Positions 9,789 to 18,887 of a DNA stretch of 64,000 bases are shown piece after piece (the stretch's first letter is position 1; the number at the start of each line of letters is the position of its first letter). This DNA is from an uncultured delta proteobacterium (lineage in GTDB: Bacteria > Desulfobacterota > Binatia > UBA9968). Made by a program: the position numbers and the translations under genes. Below the pieces are notes generated by a model. It had not been told where the DNA came from and did no database searches. It was given only the letters and a program-made list of their open reading frames with translations. The stretch is taken from the NCBI GenBank assembly GCA_963760795.1, contig CAVXEP010000016.1:1-64000 (forward strand). Direction: 5' to 3'.

Positions 9789-10672
9789 GGTCTCTCCTGA
9801 CGCAGCTGGTCGAATTTCCGCCTCGATACATCTTCACCGCCAAGATCGTTGCGGAAATCATAAAGCGACGCTTCCCAGGAACCGTACATCGGATTGGGCA
9901 GCATGAACCACTTGGTGCCCCATGTGTTGTGTTTATCCGCCGCGGCAGCACGTTGCGCCGGCGTGGTGCGGTACTCGGAGATGAAGTCGGCCAGATCGTC
10001 GCCAAAAAGCATGAGCACGCGGTGGGACTGGGCGACGTAGCGGCGCCGGCTCTCCTTATCGCTGCCCCAGTCCGGCCGCTCGTCTCGGCAAAGCACGGTG
10101 TCTAAATCGCTCGGTAGTTTGACGCCGGTGGTGGTGAGATTGAGCCTGGTGGCCGCTTCGGTGGGGTGATCGCGATTGGTGACGAAAAATATCGTTACGC
10201 CGCGGGCCTGCGCTGCGGCAATGAATTCAAGCGCACCGGGAACCGCCGCGGGTTGATTGCGCTCCTGCCATTCGCGCCAGGGGCGGCTGGAAAAGCGCGC
10301 GTTGGTGCGCGCCAGCTGGCTTTGGAACACGCCGGTGTCGATGACGGTTTCGTCGACATCCATGATTACCGCCGGGGGCAGCTTTTGATAATTTTCTTTC
10401 TGCGCCGATAGGGCGGTCCAGTTGGGATCGGCGAGAGCGCGCTCCAAGTGTGTCAGGGCGGTGGCGTAAATCGATTGGACAATCACGCGATATTCAACTG
10501 AAGTGGTTTGCCAAAGAATCGCATCCAAGCGGTTATCGGCGCGGCTTGGCGCTTCATCCGAAGTAGATGTTACGGCGGCACAGCCCATAACCAAGCTCAG
10601 GATCACCAAGAGAAATGACAGCGGCCGGGCGGCGGACTGGCGACCTGTTCGTGAGATCGATGGCATCATCAT
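9785..10672 (-). CDS. Class C acid phosphatase / 5'-nucleotidase lipoprotein e(P4) family
   Basis: Lipobox VMGC, DVDETV, VTNR, FGDDLADF, LPNPMYGSWE. Confidence 0.9.
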   Translation of the reverse strand: MMMPSISRTGRQSAARPLSFLLVILSLVMGCAAVTSTSDEAPSRADNRLDAILWQTTSVEYRVIVQSIYATALTHLERALADPNWTALSAQKENYQKLPPAVIMDVDETVIDTGVFQSQLARTNARFSSRPWREWQERNQPAAVPGALEFIAAAQARGVTIFFVTNRDHPTEAATRLNLTTTGVKLPSDLDTVLCRDERPDWGSDKESRRRYVAQSHRVLMLFGDDLADFISEYRTTPAQRAAAADKHNTWGTKWFMLPNPMYGSWEASLYDFRNDLGGEDVSRRKFDQLRQERP

Positions 10673-10683
10673 GAGCGTACTCT

Positions 10684-11754
10684 CTAGTACGACGCCGAGC
10701 GCCGTTCGATTTCGGGAATGATTTCCTGGCAGATCAGATCGATGGCTTCGTCCCAGTTCGGTCCCAACGGCGACGCCATGTCGACGATATCGAAGCCATA
10801 CGATTTGGCGGCGCGCAGCATTTCATCGATGCCATCGATGCATTGGGCCGGCGTGCCGGCGATGACCGTGCCAACCTGTGTCAGCAGATCGTCGCTGATC
10901 AGTTCCATCATCTCGTCCACCGCCTTGCCCGAACGATGAGCGTCGGCGACCGCGTCGGCGGTTGCTTCAGGGACGGGTAGCTTCAGCATGCGCTGCTTGA
11001 GCATATGGCCTTGGATGAGCGCGCCGGCAGCCATGGGTTTGGCGTGACGTTTTGCCGCTGGGCCATCGCGGGACACAGAGATATGCAGATGCAAAACCTT
11101 GGTGAACTTTCGGCCGTCGTTACGGGCGCGGCGGGCTTTTTCCAACTCCGCCATCGCCAGGTCGATGGCGCCCTGGCGTACCAGCGCGGTTGGGAAAGAA
11201 AGATTGCTGACGATCAAACCGTCGCCGATGTCCCAGGCCATCTTGAGCATCTGCGGGCCGGCGGCGGCGACGAAGATTTCCGGCATTTGCTTTGGCGGCA
11301 GCCTCAGAAACCCTTCGGCATTGACATCGAGGCGAAAAAATTCGGCGAGATCGGCAAAGGCGCCGAGCTTGACTGTCTTGCCGGCAAACATTTCGCGCAA
11401 GAACAAGATCGTTTGCCGCGCCATGGCGACGCGCTTGGTCTTGCGGATCATGTTCGACGACGGCGAACCGGCGCCGATGCCGACGGTGATGCCACGATCA
11501 CCGGCGAGGTGCGCCAGGGCGGCGAAGCTCGAAGCGAGATCCACCGGTGTGCGCGCCCACGGGTGCGTGACGGATGTACCGACGTGAGCATGGGTCTGAC
11601 CGACGATGGCAGCCAGAATGACGAAGACGTTTTCGTAGGTCAGGTGATCGGGCACCCAGACTTTGTCGAAGCTATGCTGGGCCATGGCTTTTTTGGCGTA
11701 GGCGGCCATTTCCGGGGCGGTGCAGGGTGGATAGAATTGAATTCCAAAGCGCAT
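10684..11754 (-). CDS. Luciferase-like (LLM) flavin- or F420-dependent oxidoreductase
   Basis: FD.VWVPDH, GTSVTHPW.R.P, GIGAG, FVAAAGPQML...GDG. Confidence 0.85.
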   Translation of the reverse strand: MRFGIQFYPPCTAPEMAAYAKKAMAQHSFDKVWVPDHLTYENVFVILAAIVGQTHAHVGTSVTHPWARTPVDLASSFAALAHLAGDRGITVGIGAGSPSSNMIRKTKRVAMARQTILFLREMFAGKTVKLGAFADLAEFFRLDVNAEGFLRLPPKQMPEIFVAAAGPQMLKMAWDIGDGLIVSNLSFPTALVRQGAIDLAMAELEKARRARNDGRKFTKVLHLHISVSRDGPAAKRHAKPMAAGALIQGHMLKQRMLKLPVPEATADAVADAHRSGKAVDEMMELISDDLLTQVGTVIAGTPAQCIDGIDEMLRAAKSYGFDIVDMASPLGPNWDEAIDLICQEIIPEIERRSASY

Positions 11755-12224
11755 GGTGGTTTCGGCGAATGTGGTTGGTAACTCTGTAGCATAAAATTGG
11801 GGCGGGGTACTAACTAATTGGTTTCGCGCACGGCTGTGCCTGACCGCCAAGCTATGAGAACGATGGTTGCGACTCGAGAGCTGCCGATCGGGCGTCGCCA
11901 GCCGAGCAGCGATCATCAAATCGTTCCCGGGACGTGGACTCCGCCTGCCCGATTTCACTATTCGCTGGTGGCGTTGCAGTCCCTAATTTTTGTTAGAAAA
12001 ATCAGCATAAAAATTACTCTCGCTGTCAGCGTAATGCCCCCACGCTCACCGGGAAAACCATGGATTTATGCTCCACATTAGCCGGCTGTAAAGTAAGACC
12101 TTTGCAGAGGTGACGCGTTTGCCCGTGTACCGCCTGTGGTAGACTTGCACCTTTTTATTTCCGCAATGGACAACTCCGACCCGATTGGGACTTGAAATCT
12201 CATCATCTTTGTCCGGGATGTCAC

Positions 12225-12240
12225 TGGCATAATTGCTGCT
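12225..12240 (+). promoter_or_regulatory. Candidate sigma54 (-24/-12) promoter
   Basis: TGGCAT-AATTG-CTGCT with GG-N10-GC spacing. The predicted +1 near 12251 coincides with the start of the duplicated riboswitch block. Confidence 0.55.
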
Positions 12241-12250
12241 CTGACACCAA

Positions 12251-12348
12251 ATGAAGTTGACGCTGTGATCTGAAGTCCCCGACGTGGTCACCATGGGGCT
12301 CAGGGAGCGAGTGGTGAAACCGGCAACTCAAGGTTGCCGATTTTTTTT
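12251..12348 (+). ncRNA. c-di-GMP-II-type riboswitch with overlapping intrinsic terminator
   Basis: P1 AGUUG/CAACU, kink-turn UGA...GA, stem CCCC/GGGG, loop GGUCACCA pairing with UGGUGAAACC (pseudoknot). Terminator CGGCAAC/GUUGCCG plus U8. Confidence 0.85.
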
Positions 12349-12386
12349 GTTCGGTTTGGGAAATCGTCGAAGGGAGAATCGAAACG

Positions 12387-12842
12387 ATGTTGCACCGCTT
12401 GAAGGAAAACATAGGCCAGAGCGCGGTGGAATTCACCTTGGGGTTCTTACTTCTCTATACCGTCATCATGGCTGTCGTAGAGTTCTCGCACATGTTTTAT
12501 ACCAAGACCACTCTACAGCACGCGATCGCCGAAGCCGGCCGTTTCATGATCACGGGCCAAGGGATTGACCATACAGGAACCGACCCCAACGCTCGTTTGC
12601 AAAAGGTCCAAGACAAATTCTGTAATAATCTGATCGCGACGGGTCTTTCCTGCGCCAATGTTTCCTCCCATCTCACGCTGACCTGTGTCGGTGGTTGCGC
12701 GCAACCGGCCGGCGGTCCAGGTCAGACCGTAACCCTCACCGCGACATATTCGAGAGGGTGGTTTACCGGAATGTTCAATCATCTATTGCCCAGCATCACT
12801 CTTGTCGCCAACACGACCTGGAAAAACGAAGTCTATATGTAG
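12387..12842 (+). CDS. tadE: TadE/TadG-family minor pilin (pseudopilin)
   Basis: Prepilin site GQSAVEF, hydrophobic helix, LQHAIAEAGRF, C-terminal WKNE. Confidence 0.88.
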   Translation: MLHRLKENIGQSAVEFTLGFLLLYTVIMAVVEFSHMFYTKTTLQHAIAEAGRFMITGQGIDHTGTDPNARLQKVQDKFCNNLIATGLSCANVSSHLTLTCVGGCAQPAGGPGQTVTLTATYSRGWFTGMFNHLLPSITLVANTTWKNEVYM

Positions 12843-12860
12843 CCGACCCCGGAGATCACC

Positions 12861-13523
12861 ATGAGATTCTTACGCAAATACTTGAGTTCAAGAAAAGGTC
12901 AAAGCCTGGTCGAGATGACATTTGGCATCCCGATGTTGATAGGTTTGGGTTTCGGGGTCATCGAAATCGGCAACATGATTAACTCCTACCTGGTGTTAAC
13001 CCATTTGACCCGTGAAGCCACTAACATTGTCTCTCGTCAGCCTGGAGCAAAGGGCTCGACACAATGGGCGACAAGCGTCAACACGGATTTGAATGCGGTT
13101 ATCAGCAAGGCAAGCCCGGTCATTAACCCAACCGGCAGCGGCGCAAGAGGGCCGAATCAGTATAAGATTTATTACTCCATGGTCGAATGGAATCCCACCC
13201 CAGGTGTTTGCGGCGGCGGGTTAATGACGAATGGCCAGCCGGACAATTACCGGATTCGCCGCAGCAACACCGGTTGGGCCGGCAACGTCACCTGGCAATA
13301 TGGTTCGCTCAGCCAAAATAGCAACTTGGGTAATGATGGAGATTGCGCCTACCTGCTTTTGCCTGAGGTCAAGAATCTTTCTGCACAGGGGCTTGTCCTT
13401 CATGTCGTTGAAGTCTTCTATGATTATGCCCCAAGCAAGTTAACGCCGGTGGAAGGGTTCATCGGTGCTCTCGCGCCCGGAATATTCTATCGCAGAACGG
13501 TTTTCATGGATGTCGTCGGCTAA
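12861..13523 (+). CDS. TadE-family minor pilin
   Basis: KGQSLVEM, hydrophobic helix, LTREA, VEVFYDY. Confidence 0.85.
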   Translation: MRFLRKYLSSRKGQSLVEMTFGIPMLIGLGFGVIEIGNMINSYLVLTHLTREATNIVSRQPGAKGSTQWATSVNTDLNAVISKASPVINPTGSGARGPNQYKIYYSMVEWNPTPGVCGGGLMTNGQPDNYRIRRSNTGWAGNVTWQYGSLSQNSNLGNDGDCAYLLLPEVKNLSAQGLVLHVVEVFYDYAPSKLTPVEGFIGALAPGIFYRRTVFMDVVG

Positions 13524-13561
13524 CTCGGCAGGTCGTGATGTCACGTACATAGGTCGAGGAA

Positions 13562-14759
13562 ATGATTATGAAACACAAAAACGAAAAGGGCCAAGCACTG
13601 GTTTTCATCTTGTTATTGTTCGCCATACTGCTCTTTCTGGTTGGCTTAGCCAGCGACGGCGGGCGAGCGTACTTGGTTAGAGCCTCGATGGCTCGAGTCG
13701 TCGATGCCGCGGCGATCGCCGCGGCTGCCAAGGTCAATAGCGGGGGACTAACCGCGGCGCAAACCGCTGCATGCGACTCGGCGCGGATGAACGGTGTCAC
13801 CAACTGCGGCATTCTTGATGTCACCCAGGTGACTACTAACGACGCCGCGGGCAATCCCAAAAGCGCCGTCAAAGTCACGGCCAACGTTGCCACACCGACT
13901 ATTTTCGTTGCCGCTGGCAAACTGATGGGTTGCACTACTTGCAGCGTAATCAATGTCTCGGTTAGCGCAGTGGCAGCGGGGGGCGGGACTATCGATCTGG
14001 CCATGACTCTCGACGATACGGCTTCTATGAGCGGTGGCGGTTGGCTCGGTCCAATGAAGACGGGCGCCAACGCATTGGTAGACGCACTTTTCCCTGTGAG
14101 CGGCTCGACGACCTCCTTGGCCTCCATGGTGCCTTTTCGAGGGATGTTATAACCTGACCGGAGCAAGCGATTGTAAGAAGAGTCAGGAGTATTCAACCGG
14201 GCACATTGCATCGCTTACCAATACTACTTCGCAACTCCACAACGCCATCAACGCGCTCCCCGGAACCGGTGGATCCGGCACCAACGTTTGTGAAGGGCTC
14301 ACCCAGTCCCGCCTCAAACTTTTTCAACCCGGTGTCGCCCGGCCGAACTCACAAAAATTTCTCGTATTGCTGTCGGATACCGACATGAACTACAGCACTG
14401 CCGCAAGTTTTGCCTCATGTACGCCAACGTCCGGCGGCACAGCCAATCACAAAGTCAATTTGTTAACCTACAACGTGGCCACAAGACATCAAGAATGGGA
14501 CAAACGTCGGCATGACCGGGCAAATTGACGGACAGACGGTAAAAGTATTCGTGATATTTTATGGCAGCGCCGGCCCTGCGCCAGCCAACTGTACACCACC
14601 GCCGGCAGGTGCGACTTCCTGGGACACCACGCCGCTCAACCTCGGCTCGTTGTATCGCGTCGAGCGCCGGCGACATGTATTTTGCCCCTACGCCCGAGCG
14701 ATGTAACAACCGCATTTCAGCAAATCATCAACCGATTACCGGTAGTCTTGGTTAACTAA
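13562..14759 (+). CDS. tadG: TadG-like pilin with C-terminal vWA domain; four +1 frameshifts (about 14141, 14493, 14645, 14696)
   Basis: KGQALV, DGGRAY...VDAAAIAAA, MIDAS-like DDTASM. Joining frames gives GTNVCEGL, FLVLLSD, VKVFVIFYG, YFAPT..DVTTAFQQIINRLPVVLVN*. Confidence 0.8.
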
Positions 14760-14778
14760 TTTGCTACTCTAACATCCG

Positions 14779-14877
14779 ATGAAGTTGACGCTATGATCTG
14801 AAAGCCCCGACGTGGTCACCATGGGGTTCAGGGAGCGAATGGTGAAACCGGCAACTCAAAGTTGCCGGTTTTTTTTT
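14779..14877 (+). ncRNA. Second c-di-GMP-II-type riboswitch with overlapping terminator
   Basis: Near-identical to 12251-12348, with differences that keep the pairings. Terminator CCGGCAAC/GUUGCCGG plus U9. Confidence 0.85.
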
Positions 14878-14913
14878 GAAAGACCGGCATGACAACCGAA
14901 AGGAGAGTTTGTC

Positions 14914-15462
14914 GTGATCACCGGTCTGATCAGTAGGTTCGCAAGTCGAAAGGTGGCTTTGTTGGCGGTGGCACTGCCGATGATGCTCCTGTTGGTGCTC
15001 GCGGCAGTCGAAGTCTCGCGGGCCATCAGCGTCAACAGCACCCTGGTCCAGTTCACGCGCGAAGCGGGATATTTAACCTCTCGGGGAACCGAAGTGAACA
15101 GGTCTCTGACGACGGCCATTGCCGCCACGGCGCCGACCCTGCGCGACAACAATAAGCAGCAGTGGAAGGTGATTTACTCCCAGCTACGTCAGCAAGCGGG
15201 AAACTCCTGTTCGGCGAAACCCTGTCCCTATCAGGTCGACAGCCGAGTTGAGGCGGGCGACCTTAAAGCACCGAGCACTATCGGGGCGGTCAAAAAACCG
15301 ATAATGATTTCCGGCATAGACAGTGTCGAGCCGAATCAGGTTTTTCATTCGATCGAAGTGTATTACGACTACCGTCCGGAGTTTCTTGCCTTGGTTGGCA
15401 ATATCGTCGATCTAAAGTTTTACGAAAAAACCGTTTACACGGACCTCGCAGCGATTCGCTGA
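14914..15462 (+). CDS. TadE-like minor pilin
   Basis: LPMMLLLVLAAVEVSR...FTREAG.LTSR, KVIYS, IEVYYDY, similar to 12861-13523. RBS aggag; no clear GQ..E site. Confidence 0.75.
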   Translation: MITGLISRFASRKVALLAVALPMMLLLVLAAVEVSRAISVNSTLVQFTREAGYLTSRGTEVNRSLTTAIAATAPTLRDNNKQQWKVIYSQLRQQAGNSCSAKPCPYQVDSRVEAGDLKAPSTIGAVKKPIMISGIDSVEPNQVFHSIEVYYDYRPEFLALVGNIVDLKFYEKTVYTDLAAIR

Positions 15463-15524
15463 CAAGGGCGGGGGATGTCAGATATCCGCACAGTGCTCTT
15501 ATTCGCATTAGAAAGTTTCAAATT

Positions 15525-15558
15525 AAAAGGGAGTCGGATTAGTAATCCGACTCCCTTT
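15525..15558. terminator. Bidirectional intrinsic terminator
   Basis: aaaagggagtcggatt-agt-aatccgactcccttt between convergent genes. Confidence 0.75.
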
Positions 15559-15593
15559 GGTTACCGCGCAGCGAACAGCGTAAACGATTACGC

Positions 15594-15939
15594 CTAATAT
15601 TCGCTCTGGCGTGGCTTTTGGATCTGTTGATTATTGCGATTGATCGTTTGCTGGTTCTGTTGAATCTGCTGTTGGTTCGACTCGTATTGTTGCTGTTGTT
15701 CTTGCCCCTGCATGCGATCGCCGATCAAAGCGCCGGCGCCCAAACCGACGGCACCGCCGATGGCCGCGCCGGCACCGGGGTGGCCCACGGCCGCGCCGAT
15801 CAACCCGCCCGCCGCGGCGCCGCCTAACACGCCGATGCCCGCGCCTTTTTCACGGGTCGTCAGTCGGACCGCCGGAACAACCGACGAAGATCATACCGGT
15901 GATTCCCAGTACGATCATTCTTTGGCTCATGGTTTTCAT
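15594..15939 (-). CDS. Glycine-zipper lipoprotein with Q-rich tail (+1 frameshift near 15866)
   Basis: RBS ggagg, MKTMSQRMIVLGITGMIFVGC lipobox, LTTREKGAGIG..GGAAAGGLIGAAVG. Confidence 0.8.
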
Positions 15940-16103
15940 ACTGCCTCCTATGAATCTATTCAGACCGAGGTTCTTGGTTTGTCGATCGGTAGTGTCATTG
16001 CCAAGCCGTTTATCTCAAGTCGACCATAATTCTATCACATCGGGGCACGATTGTAGCGCATTAGTTGCTGAAAGTTTGTCCACGTTGGGCCTAAAGCGCG
16101 CGG

Positions 16104-16424
16104 TTATTTGCCTCGCGCCATGGCTTCGACATCGGCGATGGTCGGTTTGTCCAAGCGAAAGGCCCGGTGGGCGCGCCACTCCAAAACTTCCATCTCGCGG
16201 ATGCCGCGCTGGTGGTGCGGGTCGGTGGCGGCGAGGTTTTTTGCCTCTTCTAGATTCGCTGCCAGCATGACGTAGACGCCGTAGCGGCCGTCGGTGGTTG
16301 GGCCGGAAAACATTAGTCGCCCGGCCTTATGCTGATCGTCGAGCCACTGGCGATGATCTTCGTAATTGCGTTGCTTGTCTTCTTCCCGTTCCGGCAGCGA
16401 GCGCGACATGACGAGATACCACAT
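16104..16424 (-). CDS. YciI-family protein
   Basis: H..WL......G.L..SGP, A..DP pattern. Confidence 0.8.
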   Translation of the reverse strand: MWYLVMSRSLPEREEDKQRNYEDHRQWLDDQHKAGRLMFSGPTTDGRYGVYVMLAANLEEAKNLAATDPHHQRGIREMEVLEWRAHRAFRLDKPTIADVEAMARGK

Positions 16425-16556
16425 GGTGACTTCTCCTTTTTCCCAGAGCAATTCATCTACGCTGGTAGTCAAATTAACCGGCGCTGCCGGTGAATGTCCT
16501 CACTTGCTTCGTCGGTTCGCCGAAGATAAGAAGTGTAAATTGAAGGAGGACCAGCA

Positions 16557-17561
16557 ATGATCATCGATGTCCATGGACATGTATCGGCGCCCACCGAGTT
16601 GTGGGCCTACAAGGCGAATATCTTATCGGCGCGCGGCTCCCATGGCCGCGGCGGCGTCAATGTTTCCGACGACGAGATCCGCGCGGCGGCAAATCGCAAA
16701 GAAAACTGGGCCAAGGGCCATCTCGACTATCTCAAAGACCACGGCACGGACCTGCAATTGATCTCGCCCCGGCCATTTCAGTTGATGCAATCGGAGAAAC
16801 CGGCGAAGCTGGTGCACTGGTTCGCCGAGGAGTGCAACAACATCATCGCCCGGCAGATGAAGCTGTTCCCTGGGACGTTTCTCGGTGTCTGCGCCTTGCC
16901 CCAGGCGGCGGGCGAGCCGATTCAAAATGTTTTGGCCGAACTCGAACGCTGCGTGAAGTTGGGCTTTGTCGGTTGTTTACTCAACCCCGATCCCTATGAG
17001 AACGGCGGCCAAGAAGCGCCGGCGCTGGGCGATCGCTACTGGTATCCGCTTTACGAAAAACTTTGCGAATTGGACGTGCCGGCCCATCTGCACGGCACTG
17101 GCTCACGCTCGGAGCGCAGCCCTTATTCGGTGCATTTTATCAACGAAGAGACCATCGCGGTGTTTGGCTTGGTGAACTCCACGGTCTTCCAGGATTTTCC
17201 CAAACTGAAAATCATCGTCAGCCACGGCGGCGGCGCGATTCCCTATCAGCTCGGCCGCTTCGAAGCGCCGTCGTTGCGCCGCGGCACCGGCGCGCGCTTT
17301 TCCGACGGCCTGCGCAAGCTTTATTATGACACCGTGCTTTACACCGAAGACGCCTTACGGCTCTTGATCAAAACCGTCGGCGCCGACCGTTGCCTGTTCG
17401 GCACCGAGTGTCCCGGCACCGGTTCATCCGTCGATCCGGCCACCGGCCGGTCGATGGACAATGTTAAACCGATGCTGGAGAATATCGAAACTGTGACCGC
17501 GGCGGATAAACAGAAAATCTTCTGCGACAACGCCAAGGCGGTGTTCAATTTGAAGATATAG
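16557..17561 (+). CDS. Amidohydrolase_2 family, LigJ (4-oxalomesaconate hydratase)-like
   Basis: MIIDVHGH, GTDLQLISPR, LNPDP, WYPLYEKLCELDVPA, SHGGGAIPYQ, LFGTE. Confidence 0.8.
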   Translation: MIIDVHGHVSAPTELWAYKANILSARGSHGRGGVNVSDDEIRAAANRKENWAKGHLDYLKDHGTDLQLISPRPFQLMQSEKPAKLVHWFAEECNNIIARQMKLFPGTFLGVCALPQAAGEPIQNVLAELERCVKLGFVGCLLNPDPYENGGQEAPALGDRYWYPLYEKLCELDVPAHLHGTGSRSERSPYSVHFINEETIAVFGLVNSTVFQDFPKLKIIVSHGGGAIPYQLGRFEAPSLRRGTGARFSDGLRKLYYDTVLYTEDALRLLIKTVGADRCLFGTECPGTGSSVDPATGRSMDNVKPMLENIETVTAADKQKIFCDNAKAVFNLKI

Positions 17562-17639
17562 CAGGGCGAAGAGTTCAAGCCGTTCAAAACGTTCAAGCGG
17601 GCTGAAGAAGCGGTCAAAACAGCTAGCCAATAGAAAATT

Positions 17640-18887
17640 ATGTTATCGCGTGAAGAAAATGATCTTCTGACCCGAGTCGGGCCGGGGACGGCGATGGGGC
17701 AGTTGATGCGTTGTTACTGGATTCCGGCGTTGTTGTCGGAGGAGATTCCGTCGCCAGATTGCGCTCCGGTGCGGGTGCGGCTCTTGGGTGAAGATTTGGT
17801 TGCCTTTCGCGATTCCACCGGCAGAGTCGGCTTGCTTGGCGAGCATTGCGCCCATCGGGGCACGTCGTTGTTCTTTGGCCGCAACGAAGATTGCGGTCTG
17901 CGCTGCATTTATCATGGTTGGAAATACGACGTGGATGGCCATGTGATGGAGACGCCGGCGGAGCCGGCGGCCAGCGACTTTCGCAACAAGCTTCGTCACC
18001 TCGCCTATCCTTGTCAGGAAATCGCCGGGATGATTTTCACTTACATGGGCGCGCCGGAGAATATGCCGCTGCTGCCGCGCTACGAATGGGCTGAATTGCA
18101 ACCAGGCCAGCTGTTTCCGGTGAAGTCGTTTCTCGAATGCAATTATCTCCAGGGCATCGAGGGCGACTTCGATTCTTCGCATACGTCTTTCTTGCACAAC
18201 AACAATCTCCAAAACGCCGAACGACTGAAACGCGACGGCGCGCCGACGTTGGAAGCCGAGGAGACCGGCTACGGCATGCGGGCGGTGTCGATCCGTAAGT
18301 TCGGCGCCGAGCAAATTTACGTGCGCACGAGCCCGTACATCATGCCGTCGTTCAGCATCGTGCCCGGCCCGCCGACGGCCAAGTTCGAGGAAGATGACAT
18401 TCGCGGCTTTCGTTTCTGGGTGCCCATCGATGATAGTTCTACTTGGCTTTATATTCTGAATATGCGCAAAAAGCCGTTCGATGAAGCCGACCAAAAAAGT
18501 TTACGCAGTTGGGTTGAAAGCGATTACATGCGCAAGCGCAATCTGCACAACGACTATCTCATCGACCGCCAGCTCCAGCGCAGGCAACTTTACTCCGGTA
18601 TCCAAGCGGTCAATGCCGCCGAACAGGATGGTTGCGCCACCGAGACCATGGGGCCGATCTTCGATCGTAGCAAGGAACACTTGGGTTATAGCGATAAAAC
18701 CATCATCGCCTTGCGCAAATTGCTGCTTGGCGCGCTGAGCGATTTGGCTGAAGGCAAACAACCGCCGCATGTGATTCGCCATGAGCGAGAGCGCGACTTC
18801 TCGCGGCTCCGTTCGCTAAAGGCGATACTGCCGGCGAATGACGACTGGCATAAGGTCATGGAAGGGATGGGGAAGAACGATGGCTAA
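17640..18887 (+). CDS. Rieske non-heme iron oxygenase alpha subunit (phthalate 4,5-dioxygenase-like)
   Basis: CAHR-X-CIYHGW Rieske motif, EGDFDSSHTSFLH, EQD...ETMG, EHLGYSD. Confidence 0.9.
   Translation: MLSREENDLLTRVGPGTAMGQLMRCYWIPALLSEEIPSPDCAPVRVRLLGEDLVAFRDSTGRVGLLGEHCAHRGTSLFFGRNEDCGLRCIYHGWKYDVDGHVMETPAEPAASDFRNKLRHLAYPCQEIAGMIFTYMGAPENMPLLPRYEWAELQPGQLFPVKSFLECNYLQGIEGDFDSSHTSFLHNNNLQNAERLKRDGAPTLEAEETGYGMRAVSIRKFGAEQIYVRTSPYIMPSFSIVPGPPTAKFEEDDIRGFRFWVPIDDSSTWLYILNMRKKPFDEADQKSLRSWVESDYMRKRNLHNDYLIDRQLQRRQLYSGIQAVNAAEQDGCATETMGPIFDRSKEHLGYSDKTIIALRKLLLGALSDLAEGKQPPHVIRHERERDFSRLRSLKAILPANDDWHKVMEGMGKNDG

Noticed and set aside
13562-14759. Programmed frameshifting or phase variation in tadG
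   Set aside because: No slippery heptamers or long homopolymers; the same +1 signature occurs across the window.
12251-14877. Duplicated 100-nt block as ends of a mobile element
   Set aside because: No transposase or target duplication; the structure and overlapping terminator fit a riboswitch.
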